Notes under the pieces: generated by a model
Seen by the model: only the letters and a program-made list of their open reading frames with translations
What the model was told of the DNA's origin: nothing
Databases searched by the model: none
Source: Deltaproteobacteria bacterium HGW-Deltaproteobacteria-13
Lineage (GTDB): Bacteria > Desulfobacterota > Syntrophia > Syntrophales > Smithellaceae
Length of the DNA stretch: 64,000 bases
Direction: 5' to 3'
Assembly: GCA_002840555.1 (NCBI GenBank)
Contig: PHBJ01000005.1
Span: 303,577-367,576 of the forward strand
Shown: one piece after another, positions 9,915-19,214 of the stretch
How the letters are laid out: each line of letters starts with the position of its first letter
Position numbering within the stretch: position 1 is the stretch's first letter
Made by a program: the position numbers and the translations under genes

Positions 9915-11851
9915 CCATCCGCCTCCGTTCTGATAATCGCTTTCTGCGGACAAATCGAATAACAAACGCCGCAGCCGGCGCAGATGACTTCGTCAATTGC
10001 GGCTTTCTTTTTAGTTCTGTCCCAGTTCAGCGCCGGACAGCGGAAAATCCTGGTGCATAAACGGTTGCAGCCGCAACTCTCACCGAGGCAAAGTTCTTCG
10101 TTGATCTTCATCTGATACTGTTTCTTGCCCTTTTTTTCGGGGCTCAAAGCACACGGCTGTTTCATGATCAATACTTTCAACGAGCCGCGCTCCGCCATAA
10201 AATCCGTTAGAATTCTGCTTGTCGCTTCCAGATCGAAAGGATCGCTGATGGCGACTTTTGCGCCAATCGCCTGGCAGATTGCGGCAATTTCAACAGAAGG
10301 AAGAGGCTCGCCGATGGCGCTTTCATGAATACCGGGATGCGGCTGGAATCCGGTCATCGCTGTTCCTGCGTTATCCAGAACGATAAAGGTCATATCCGCT
10401 TTGTTATGGTGGGCGTTGATGAGCGCCGGGATCACGGCGTGATAAAAAGTGGAATCGCCGCAAACCGCCATAACCGGTTTATCCAGACCGAAAGCTTCCA
10501 GCTTGGCAAAACCGCTCGCCAGTCCCGTACCCGATCCCATGGAATGAAGCGTGCGCACGGTATGGAAACCAATAGCCGGCCAAAGCGACGCCATCGCGTA
10601 GCAGCCGATATCGCCGCAAACAATCCCATCGCGGCCATCCAGTTTCAACGCCGTATTAATGTTCCAGAAAGACGCACGGTGCGGACAACCGGGGCAAAAC
10701 GTCTGCTCCCGTAGAGGGATCAACGGCGCTATCTTTTGTATTTCCCGCATATAACCGGCAGGCAATAATTTTCGTTTTACTTTCATTAATTTGCTTAAAG
10801 CCGCGGCAACAATATCCGGATTCAACTCACCGACAGAAGGCAGTGTTTTATCCATTTTTCCGTAAAAAGTTTTGATGCCGGTTTCTTTGAGCATGCCCAT
10901 GGCGGCGACTTTGATATTTTCTTCGAGAAACGGCAGGACTTCTTCCACAACCATAATTTTATCGGTCAGGCGCAGATATTTTTTAAGAAGCTTCACGGGC
11001 AAAGGCCAGGTGCAGCTGAGTTTTAAAATCCCGACACGCTTTTGCAGACCCAGCATCTCTAATGCTTCTTTGCTGTAAAGGAAACAGGCGCTGCTGGTGA
11101 TGATCAGAAGTTCCGGACGCTTGGGACCGGAGTAATCGTTAAAAGGACTCTTCTCAAAAAGTTCAGCAGCGATTTGCAATTTTTTCTGCTGGAGATCGTG
11201 TTTGACCACCACCGGCGTGCTGACAACCGGTCCTTTCAGGGGATCCATAAACGATCCGTCGGAAACAAATTCAGCAGATCTAAATTTCTCCGGAAGCTTG
11301 CCGCAGATGACGTTACCGCTGGCATGCGACATACGGGTCACCGAACGCAGGATGACAACATTCCTGATTTTTTCCGATAACTCAAACGCCCATTGGGTCA
11401 AATCCTTGGCTTCCTGAAGACTGGCCGGCTCCAGTAGCGGAATTTCCAGCATGCGCGCGAAATACCTTGACTCGCCTTCATTAACACTCGATAGAGCGCC
11501 GGGATCTTCACATTCGACCAGAACGATCCCTCCGCGCGTCCCCGAAGAGGCCAGATGCAAAAGAAAATCGGAGGCGACATTGACGCCGTTTTGCTTCATC
11601 ACGCACATCGAGCGCAAACCGGCAAAAGAAGCGGCGGCGGCCACCTCGAGGGCCACCTTTTCATTGGTTGACCACTCCACGTAAAGCTTTCTCTCGCGGG
11701 CGACATCGGATAAGCGTTCGATTACTTCCGAAGATGGGGTTCCGGGATAACCGGAAACGACACTGACGCCCGCCTCCAGCGCGCCGCGCGCTATGGCTTC
11801 ATTGCCCATGAATAAAACTTCGGTTTGGGCCGGTGACAATAATTTGTTCAT
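9911..11851 (-). CDS. iorA: Indolepyruvate:ferredoxin oxidoreductase alpha subunit
   Basis: 'MGNEAIARGALEAG..SGYPGTPSSE', 'FCPGCPHR', TPP-binding 'GDIGCY' and 'GDSTFYH', and a C-terminal ferredoxin (CAGCGVCYSICP). Confidence 0.95.
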   Translation of the reverse strand: MNKLLSPAQTEVLFMGNEAIARGALEAGVSVVSGYPGTPSSEVIERLSDVARERKLYVEWSTNEKVALEVAAAASFAGLRSMCVMKQNGVNVASDFLLHLASSGTRGGIVLVECEDPGALSSVNEGESRYFARMLEIPLLEPASLQEAKDLTQWAFELSEKIRNVVILRSVTRMSHASGNVICGKLPEKFRSAEFVSDGSFMDPLKGPVVSTPVVVKHDLQQKKLQIAAELFEKSPFNDYSGPKRPELLIITSSACFLYSKEALEMLGLQKRVGILKLSCTWPLPVKLLKKYLRLTDKIMVVEEVLPFLEENIKVAAMGMLKETGIKTFYGKMDKTLPSVGELNPDIVAAALSKLMKVKRKLLPAGYMREIQKIAPLIPLREQTFCPGCPHRASFWNINTALKLDGRDGIVCGDIGCYAMASLWPAIGFHTVRTLHSMGSGTGLASGFAKLEAFGLDKPVMAVCGDSTFYHAVIPALINAHHNKADMTFIVLDNAGTAMTGFQPHPGIHESAIGEPLPSVEIAAICQAIGAKVAISDPFDLEATSRILTDFMAERGSLKVLIMKQPCALSPEKKGKKQYQMKINEELCLGESCGCNRLCTRIFRCPALNWDRTKKKAAIDEVICAGCGVCYSICPQKAIIRTEADG

Positions 11852-11896
11852 AATTTTCTGCTCATTTTTATATTATGCCCGTATTGCTACTATACA

Positions 11897-11932
11897 TTCC
11901 CCTCTTTCCTAAAGAGGGGTTAGGGGAGATTT
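11897..11932. repeat. Single REP-like palindromic unit
   Basis: ttcccctctttcctaaagaggggttaggggagattt differs at 2 of 36 positions from the reverse complement of the unit at 50171-50206. Confidence 0.9.
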
Positions 11933-11934
11933 CT

Positions 11935-13101
11935 TTACTTTTTCTTCTCCGTTCTATTCTTGCCCTTAACTCCCAAATATTTTTTTACTACCGCATCATT
12001 ACTTTTCAAATATAAAAGATTCTTTACCGAACCGCTTTTTCGAATAATATTTTTCAGCGCGTTTTTCTTCTTATTTGCAGCGGCGTCTTTAAGTTCCTGC
12101 AAACTGGCAGCAGGAGCTTCCCACACTTCCAGAACTCCCCTTTTTATAGCCAAATCCACCCATTCTCTGCCCTTTTCCGTCCGCACGATCAATTGATTCC
12201 ACTCACGCACTTCTTCCCAATTTCCGGCAAAGCGCGCCGAGCCGACCGAAACATCGGCATATTCCGCCGTGCTGTCCATGCAATATTGACAGGCATCCCG
12301 AATACAGGCTTGCACTTCGTCAAACGGAATCGATATCGCGCCGTCATCCGTGTAAAGCTCCAGAATATTCTTTCCTGCCGGAATATCCATTTTCTTTATG
12401 GATTCCGGAACAATATTTTTCTCAGACAACAACTTTGTATATTTTTCCATGGAAAGCGTCCAGCCGCAATATAAACCGACGACCAGTTTCAGTTGACTGA
12501 TTCTTGAATTATTTTCCTTAATGGACTTCATCTTGGCCAGCGCCAGCGCCTGACAGGGAGTCGCTACAACCCCCACATTGCCAGCTTCTTGTGTGACCAG
12601 TTGATTAAAAGCCGCAACGGTTGGCGATACGATGAACTTGCTTCCGGCATTTTTTCTTATTTCCACTCTGTCCTTGACGAGGGCTCCGTTTTGTAAAAAT
12701 TGCTGATCGCGGGAAGAGACGATGGCGGAATCAATCAAACCTTCGGCCAGCGCCAACTCCAGCAAAGCCGTGACCGTGGCCCCATGCTGGGCAACCGCGC
12801 GCAAATGGGGATCAACAGCCCGGGAAAAGTAATAATCCTTCACCGCGCCGATTTCCGGCGTCAGGTCGGCCGGCTCAAAAAGAAGTTTTCTTAAAGGGGT
12901 GTGGTCAGCTGCCGTTCTGGGGCAAGAAGCGCAGCATTTGCCGTTTTCCAGATCACATGGATGCAACTGCACTGTCCGGTCATGATAGATTACCTGATAA
13001 GGGCAAAGGTTCACGCAAGCGCCGCAACCGGTGCATAACCCTTCATCCAGAACGTATTTTTTCAGAAATCCCTGACTGCCTGCTTTAACTTTGGAACTCA
13101 T
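11935..13101 (-). CDS. FrhB/FdhB-like (coenzyme F420 hydrogenase beta subunit family) Fe-S flavoprotein
   Basis: N-terminal CTGCGACVNLCP, 'QHGATVTALL', 'GSKF..SP', 'VATPCQ', 'GLYCGW', 'C.YC.D.TAEYADVSVGS'. Confidence 0.88.
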   Translation of the reverse strand: MSSKVKAGSQGFLKKYVLDEGLCTGCGACVNLCPYQVIYHDRTVQLHPCDLENGKCCASCPRTAADHTPLRKLLFEPADLTPEIGAVKDYYFSRAVDPHLRAVAQHGATVTALLELALAEGLIDSAIVSSRDQQFLQNGALVKDRVEIRKNAGSKFIVSPTVAAFNQLVTQEAGNVGVVATPCQALALAKMKSIKENNSRISQLKLVVGLYCGWTLSMEKYTKLLSEKNIVPESIKKMDIPAGKNILELYTDDGAISIPFDEVQACIRDACQYCMDSTAEYADVSVGSARFAGNWEEVREWNQLIVRTEKGREWVDLAIKRGVLEVWEAPAASLQELKDAAANKKKNALKNIIRKSGSVKNLLYLKSNDAVVKKYLGVKGKNRTEKKK

Positions 13102-13387
13102 TCGCCATCCCGTCCTCTAAAGTTGCGCTTTTATATCCCATCATTATTATTGAGGCAAGAAAATGATACGGCTTGATAAATAAATTTTAGTCGTAAAATA
13201 TTAAAACATATCAGACCAATTTGGTATTTTTAGAGAATTGACAAACTATTTTAATATTTTACATAAATATTTAATTGATGTTGACATCTGTCCGTTCTTG
13301 TATTATGAAGCGCCAGAAAAAAATTTCCCCGGTAATTTGACAGTAAATGAACCACCGGGTGAAAAGATTGAACCTTTGAAAATATGT

Positions 13388-13463
13388 TCCCCAGTAGCTC
13401 AGTCGGTAGAGCGGCTGGCTGTTAACCAGCATGTCCGTGGTTCGAGTCCGCGCTGGGTCAATC
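13388..13463 (+). tRNA. tRNA-Asn(GTT) with a damaged 3' acceptor strand (possible pseudo-tRNA)
   Basis: D arm, anticodon arm (GCTGG-CTGTTAA-CCAGC) and T arm (CGTGG-TTCGAGT-CCGCG) are canonical. The 3' strand reads CTGGGTCAATC, whereas pairing with the 5' TCCCCAG requires CTGGGGA, so pairs 1:72 and 2:71 fail and CCA is not in register. Confidence 0.8.
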
Positions 13464-13721
13464 CAGACGCGCTTTTATTTTTTATTCATCCACAAAGTTA
13501 ACTCACAGGGCTATTCATCTCCGGTATTGTACAAATTGATCTATTTGATTTATTTGGTATTTATAAAATTTCTCCGCATATACCAAAAGACTCCTTGAAA
13601 TAGAAGGCATTAAGTTATATTATTTTAAGTGTTAATGTTCTTTCCAAGAAGACGACGTGTGACATCAGATTTTTTTGATTCCAGGTATAAACGTCCCAAT
13701 TCTGCTGTTGTGTATTACATC

Positions 13722-13748
13722 TCTGTTTATTCTGTTTATTCTGTTTAA
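13722..13748 (+). repeat. 9-bp tandem repeat (TCTGTTTAT)x3, last copy imperfect
   Basis: tctgtttat tctgtttat tctgtttaa upstream of the acyl-CoA dehydrogenase gene. Confidence 0.8.
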
Positions 13749-13833
13749 TTCAACTATCTAGATATTACCGCGCAATGTTTGTAATATATGAAATTCATTA
13801 GAAATAAAGTTTTACAAAACAAGGAGGTTTTTT

Positions 13834-15693
13834 ATGTCGCTAAATCCGTTGGTAGATTCGCGGGATGTCCGGTTTATTCTTTTTGAATTGCTGGAGTTGG
13901 AGAAATTAAACCGTTTCGAAAAATATAAAGATTTTGATCGAAGCGCGTATGAGGATACGCTGGAGCTGGCGGAAAAGATTGCTCTTGATCAGTTCTATGC
14001 CTGCAATGCCGATGGGGATAAAAACGGATTGCAATTCGATCCCAAGACGCATGAGGTAAAAGTGCCCGAATCATTCCACAAAGCATTCAGGGCGCACATC
14101 GATGCGGGTTTCCACAGCCTGTCGTTTTCCCCGGAAGAAGGGGGAATCGGCATGCCCTCCAGTATCTCCATGGCGGCCGCGGAATATTTCAATGCCGGCA
14201 ACACGTCATTAACCATGTACTGCGGTTCGATCACCGGAGCAATGCACATCATTGCGCACTTTGGTTCCGAAGAAGTTAAAAACATGTTTCTTCCCCAAAT
14301 GATGTCGGGAGAATGGGGCGGCACCATGTGCCTTACCGAACCGTCTGCCGGTTCAGATGTCGGAGCGCTGAAATCAAAAGCCGTCAAACAAGCCGACGGC
14401 ACCTACCTGATCACCGGCCAGAAAATTTTCATCTCGAACGGCGAAAATGATCTGGTGTCCAACATTATTCATCCGGTACTGGCCCGAATTGAGGGGGATC
14501 CCGAAGGGACAAAGGGAATCTCCATTTTCATCGTGCCGAAGTTTCTTATTAACAAAGACGGCTCGCTCGGCGAGCGCAACGATATGGTCTGCACGGGCAT
14601 TGAACACAAGATGGGGCTCAAGGGCAACGCCACGTCATCACTGAGTTTCGGCGATAACGGCAAGTGCGTCGGCTATCTTCTGGGTAACGAACGCGAAGGC
14701 ATGAAGATTATGTTTATGCTCATGAACGCGGCCCGTATCCATACCGGTGTTCAGGCGGAGGCGCTTTCCAGCGCAGCTTACATGCACGCCATAACTTACG
14801 CCAGGAACCGGATACAGGGAGAAGCTAAACCGAAAGGACCGAAATCCCCCATCATCGAGCACATCGACGTCAAGCGCATGCTGCTTTACATGAAGAGCAC
14901 CGTCGAGGCGATGCGGATGCTCACACTGTTTTTGGCCTATCATGAGGACATCATGTACTCATCGCCTCTTGCCGATGAAGTTAAAGAAGCAACGGCCATC
15001 GTTGAAATCCTTACCCCCATCGTTAAAGCCGGCATTTCGGATGCCTCGTGGCTGGTGACGGCGGAAGCCATGCAGGTCTATGGCGGTTACGGCTATTGCC
15101 AGGAGTATCCCGTTGAACAGTATGCCCGCGACTGCAAGGTCCTTTCGATTTATGAAGGCACCAACGCCATTCAGTCTCTGGACCTTCAGATGCGCAAGAT
15201 CCTGATGAATCCGGGACAGTATAATTATGCCATCCTGAAAAAACGCATGACGGAAACAATCGATAAAGCAAAGGGCATCGTTGACGACAAATATATCGCT
15301 CCGGTGGAAAAAGGCTTAAAGACGCTGGACGACATCATCACAATGATGAGCACCCAGCTGATGGAAGGCAAGATTGCCGCCCTTTTCGCCAATTCAACAC
15401 CGCTGCAGCAAGCCATGTTCCCGCTGATCTCAGCCTGGCTGCACCTGTGGAGCCTGACGATTACAATTCCCAAAATGAAAGCCCTGGTCGGAGATCTCAA
15501 AGGCGCGGACCGCAGGAAGCTGCTGGCTGATAATGCCGAGGCCGCCTATTACTCCGGACGCGTAATGTCGTCTCAGTTTTTTATCGCCGCGGAATTCCCC
15601 AAATTCTTCGGCAAGACGGAGTGTATTATGAATAATGACGCAACCGCGATTTTTGCTACGTCTGATGTCTTCACGGGAGCGCCCAAAGAGTAG
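13834..15693 (+). CDS. Acyl-CoA dehydrogenase (long, FadE-like)
   Basis: 'GTMCLTEPSAGSDVG', 'ITGQKIFIS', 'IEHKMG', 'QVYGGYGY..EYPVEQYARD.KV.SIYEGTN.IQ'. Confidence 0.95.
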   Translation: MSLNPLVDSRDVRFILFELLELEKLNRFEKYKDFDRSAYEDTLELAEKIALDQFYACNADGDKNGLQFDPKTHEVKVPESFHKAFRAHIDAGFHSLSFSPEEGGIGMPSSISMAAAEYFNAGNTSLTMYCGSITGAMHIIAHFGSEEVKNMFLPQMMSGEWGGTMCLTEPSAGSDVGALKSKAVKQADGTYLITGQKIFISNGENDLVSNIIHPVLARIEGDPEGTKGISIFIVPKFLINKDGSLGERNDMVCTGIEHKMGLKGNATSSLSFGDNGKCVGYLLGNEREGMKIMFMLMNAARIHTGVQAEALSSAAYMHAITYARNRIQGEAKPKGPKSPIIEHIDVKRMLLYMKSTVEAMRMLTLFLAYHEDIMYSSPLADEVKEATAIVEILTPIVKAGISDASWLVTAEAMQVYGGYGYCQEYPVEQYARDCKVLSIYEGTNAIQSLDLQMRKILMNPGQYNYAILKKRMTETIDKAKGIVDDKYIAPVEKGLKTLDDIITMMSTQLMEGKIAALFANSTPLQQAMFPLISAWLHLWSLTITIPKMKALVGDLKGADRRKLLADNAEAAYYSGRVMSSQFFIAAEFPKFFGKTECIMNNDATAIFATSDVFTGAPKE

Positions 15694-15782
15694 AACAAAA
15701 AAAGTATACTGAAGTGCAATATAGAGGGCGCCGCGAAGATTCACGGCGTCCTCTATCAGAAGAATTTTATAGGAGTAACACC

Positions 15783-17576
15783 ATGTATCAAATTGACAAA
15801 CCGGATAATGTCGTAGAGATTTTGGAACAGAGCGTCGCTAAATTTCCCAAGCGGCCGTTCCTGGGAACCAAGAATAAACAGAAACAATATGACTGGACAA
15901 CTTACGAGGATTTCGGCAAACGTGTGGACAATGTAAGGAGCGGCCTGCAGCAGCTCGGCATACAAAAAGACGATGCGGTGGGAATCATAAGCAATAACAG
16001 CGAAGACTGGGCCGTATGTTTTTTTGCCTCATCAGGACTCGCGGCGCGCTTTGTTCCAATGTATGAAGCCGAACTGGTTCAGACATGGAAATATATCATC
16101 GCCGACGCCAACGTCAAAGTGCTGTTTATCGCCAAAAAAGAAATCTATGATAAGATAAAAGACTTCACTACTTCATTACCTGCATTGAAGAAAGTAATTA
16201 TCATTGAAGGCGAAGGCCCGGATACGCTCGCGGAGCTTGAGAAAAAGGGAGCCGCCATGAAGGTTAAGAGCGTCCGCCCGGATCATACCACAATCTGCAT
16301 CCTGATCTATACATCAGGAACCACGGGAGACCCGAAAGGCGTGCTGCTTTGCCAGCACAATATCACATCAAACGCCAACGCCACGGTGGCGGCTTATCCG
16401 AATGTGAACGAAAACGACTGCTCCCTTTCGATCCTGCCCTGGGCGCATGTTTACGGCCTCGGTGAACTGATTACCTTCTGCCGTCTGGGAGCGTCAGTTG
16501 GTCTGGCGGAAAAAGCGTCCACTGTTGTTGAAGATATCATGCTGGTCAAGCCTACCTTCCTGACCGCTGTTCCCACCATTTTCAACAGGGTTTACGACGG
16601 TCTCTGGACAAAGATGAATGAAGAAGGCGGCCTTCCCAAAAAGTTATTCGTCATGGGAGTGGAAAGCGCCAAAAAGAAGCGCGAGCTCGCCGCCGAGGGA
16701 AAATCCTGCTTCATGACAAACCTGAAATTTAAGATTGCGGACGCGATGGTTTTCAGCAAGGTCCGGGAAAAACTGGGCGGCAGACTGAAAGGGTCCATGA
16801 CCGGCAGCGCTGCCATGAACGTGGATATCTCCCATTTCTTCTGGGATATAGGGATACCGCTGTATGACGCGTACGGATTGACGGAGACGTCTCCCGGCGT
16901 CAGCCTGAATGGTCCGACTAAATACAAACTCGGCAGCGTGGGACCCATTATGAAAAATTACAAGGTCGTGATTGACAAATCCATGGTTGATCCGGATGCC
17001 AAGGACGGTGAAGTTGTGGTTTACGGACCCAATGTCATGCAGGGCTATCATAACAAGCCTGAGGCGACGAAGGCTGTCATGACTCCGGACGGCGGTTTCA
17101 GAACCGGCGACCGCGGCAGGCTTGATGAAGATGGTTTCTTGTTTATCACAGGCCGGCTCAAGGAACAGTACAAACTGGAAAACGGGAAATATGTGTTTCC
17201 GGCGGCGATTGAGGAAGATATAAGGCTCAACCACTACATCGAAAATGCCATGATCTACGGGGAAGGACGCGCCTATAATGTATGTATTGTTATTCCGGAT
17301 TTCGTCGCTCTGGGGAAGTGGGCGGAAAAAAACAATCTGCCTAAAGAACCTGCCCAATTAGTCCAGCGCGATGAGATGAAAAGCTTTCTTACCAATGAAA
17401 TACTCAATTCCATCAAAGGAAAATACGGCGGTTATGAAATCCCCAAGAAATTTATTTTCCTCGGCGAGCCTTTCAGTCTGCAAAACGGAACGCTGACTCA
17501 GACCATGAAGCTGAAACGGCGGGTTGTTTCCGAGAGACTTAAAAATCAGATTGATGCGCTTTATGCCGAAAAATAA
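15783..17576 (+). CDS. fadD: Long-chain fatty acid--CoA ligase
   Basis: AMP-binding motif YTSGTTGDPKG, 'YGLTETSP', 'GFRTGDRG', 'ITGRLKE'. ATG at 15783 follows AGGAG; the ORF track starts at 15714. Confidence 0.93.
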   Translation: MYQIDKPDNVVEILEQSVAKFPKRPFLGTKNKQKQYDWTTYEDFGKRVDNVRSGLQQLGIQKDDAVGIISNNSEDWAVCFFASSGLAARFVPMYEAELVQTWKYIIADANVKVLFIAKKEIYDKIKDFTTSLPALKKVIIIEGEGPDTLAELEKKGAAMKVKSVRPDHTTICILIYTSGTTGDPKGVLLCQHNITSNANATVAAYPNVNENDCSLSILPWAHVYGLGELITFCRLGASVGLAEKASTVVEDIMLVKPTFLTAVPTIFNRVYDGLWTKMNEEGGLPKKLFVMGVESAKKKRELAAEGKSCFMTNLKFKIADAMVFSKVREKLGGRLKGSMTGSAAMNVDISHFFWDIGIPLYDAYGLTETSPGVSLNGPTKYKLGSVGPIMKNYKVVIDKSMVDPDAKDGEVVVYGPNVMQGYHNKPEATKAVMTPDGGFRTGDRGRLDEDGFLFITGRLKEQYKLENGKYVFPAAIEEDIRLNHYIENAMIYGEGRAYNVCIVIPDFVALGKWAEKNNLPKEPAQLVQRDEMKSFLTNEILNSIKGKYGGYEIPKKFIFLGEPFSLQNGTLTQTMKLKRRVVSERLKNQIDALYAEK

Positions 17577-17595
17577 ATTTCATTACGGTAACCAT

Positions 17596-17850
17596 CTAGC
17601 ATAAAAAGTCAGGACATACCGGCGCCTGCCTGCAAAAGATATCAGAAGGCTGATTGATGCAGGCAGGCACCGGCCGTTCACTGCGTTTGCAGAAGCCGAT
17701 TCTCTTAAATATTTCCTTCAGGTAATTTTTCACCGTATATTCCGTGATGAAGAGCTTGCCGGCAATCTCCTTGCCGGAATGTCCCATAGCGGCAAAAAGA
17801 GCGATTTCTTCCCGTCTGATGGTCTGCGCATTTATAATAAATACTTTTTC
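17596..17850 (-). pseudogene. LuxR-type helix-turn-helix remnant
   Basis: The reading frame gives ...RREEIALFAAMGHSGKEIAGKLFITEYTVKNYLKEIFKRIG..., a GerE/LuxR HTH pattern, with no sensor domain and a degenerate tail. Confidence 0.6.
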
Positions 17851-18153
17851 TTAGAAATTGAATATTTCTTTCAATATTAGATAGTTCAGCAAACTTGACA
17901 GGTATTATTTCATGTGTTACTCAATAGTTATAAGCTCATTGCCCTGTCCGTGAGCTTAAGTTCAATTCGGCCGCCACCATACGGCGGAAATTACAATCAA
18001 TGTATTTGATGTTTGTTTAAAAAAGGTTTCATGCTCATGTGTCGAAACTTTTTTTCAATCTCGTATCGAAATATGCACTGCCTCAAAAGCGGATTATTAT
18101 GGAACAGGTTTTCGACTAAAATAAACAGGGTCTCTTGTCCTTAAATAAAATTA

Positions 18154-19143
18154 ATGAAAACATTAAACGATTTATATCCGACTCCCTACGATTTAAAAGA
18201 ATCACTCCAATGTTTATTGCGCATCTGTTTTAGAACAGGAAGAAAGAATCCGCTTGATGTGCAATTTATAGATAAAAAGATTTGTTTGAATCCAATAAAA
18301 AAGCAAAATAAAATTGGTTTCATTGGAGATATTATGCAGGTCATGGGGAAAAAGGTGCGTTTTTCTCCTGAAATGAAAGATTTTTTTAAGGGATGCGACG
18401 CTATTATCGGAAATTTCGAGGCAACAATCACAAACGTGGAACATCAAAGAGTTGCGCTAAGACAGGATGAAATTATTATTGATGACTTAAAGGAATTATT
18501 TCCGCCGGATAAATTTTATCTGTCCATCGCCAATAATCATGCCGGTGATTTCGGAGAAACGGCCTGCAGAAAATCCGCTCAACTGCTGACAGATAACGGT
18601 TTTCATGTCTTTGGATTTAAAGAAAGTCCATTTATTGATATTAACGAAAATGTCCGTGTCTGGACCGGTACCATGTGGAGCAATGAACCGTGTGATTATA
18701 TTGCCAGGTTTGATGATTTACTTGATTTAAAAACAACGCATCCCGGCAATAAAAATGATCATATCTTATTTAATATCTGTTACCCCCATTGGGGATATGA
18801 AATAGAACTCTATCCCCGCGCGGATATCGTCAATAAAGGTCTTCTGCTTTTAAAAGAATTCGACATGGTCATCGGGCATCATTCACATACCGTCCAACCT
18901 GTTGCTAACAATATAATTGACGCTGTCAATAAGTTGACCGCGTACTCTCTTGGTGATTTTTGTTTTTGTTATAATTTACATAAATATATTTATGGCGAGA
19001 TCGTTACCGCTGAGATTGGACCGGATATTAAAGATAAATGGCTGGCCGGTCATGTGAATTGGTCATTCATTAAAAGCTCTCCGGATAAACAGGAAATACT
19101 CGTCTCGCTTGCCGGACAAATACCGTTTTTCCCAAATCTTTAA
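18154..19143 (+). CDS. CapA/PGA_cap-family metallophosphoesterase (no signal peptide)
   Basis: Motifs 'GFIGDIM', 'GNFE', 'IANNHAGDFG', 'PHWGYE', 'IGHHSH', 'YSLGDF'. Confidence 0.85.
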   Translation: MKTLNDLYPTPYDLKESLQCLLRICFRTGRKNPLDVQFIDKKICLNPIKKQNKIGFIGDIMQVMGKKVRFSPEMKDFFKGCDAIIGNFEATITNVEHQRVALRQDEIIIDDLKELFPPDKFYLSIANNHAGDFGETACRKSAQLLTDNGFHVFGFKESPFIDINENVRVWTGTMWSNEPCDYIARFDDLLDLKTTHPGNKNDHILFNICYPHWGYEIELYPRADIVNKGLLLLKEFDMVIGHHSHTVQPVANNIIDAVNKLTAYSLGDFCFCYNLHKYIYGEIVTAEIGPDIKDKWLAGHVNWSFIKSSPDKQEILVSLAGQIPFFPNL

Positions 19144-19214
19144 TGATCTTTTTTTGAAAACCAATTTATTAAATGATGATTTGACAAACTATTTCGCAGG
19201 CGATAAATTTAGTC

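Noticed and set aside
9303-13101. Selenocysteine or pyrrolysine recoding in the redox genes
   Set aside because: The ORFs appear full length with no in-frame TGA or TAG at catalytic positions.
13238-13501. 87-aa ORF
   Set aside because: It overlaps the tRNA-Asn sequence (translates as SPVAQSVERLAVNQ) and has no protein features.
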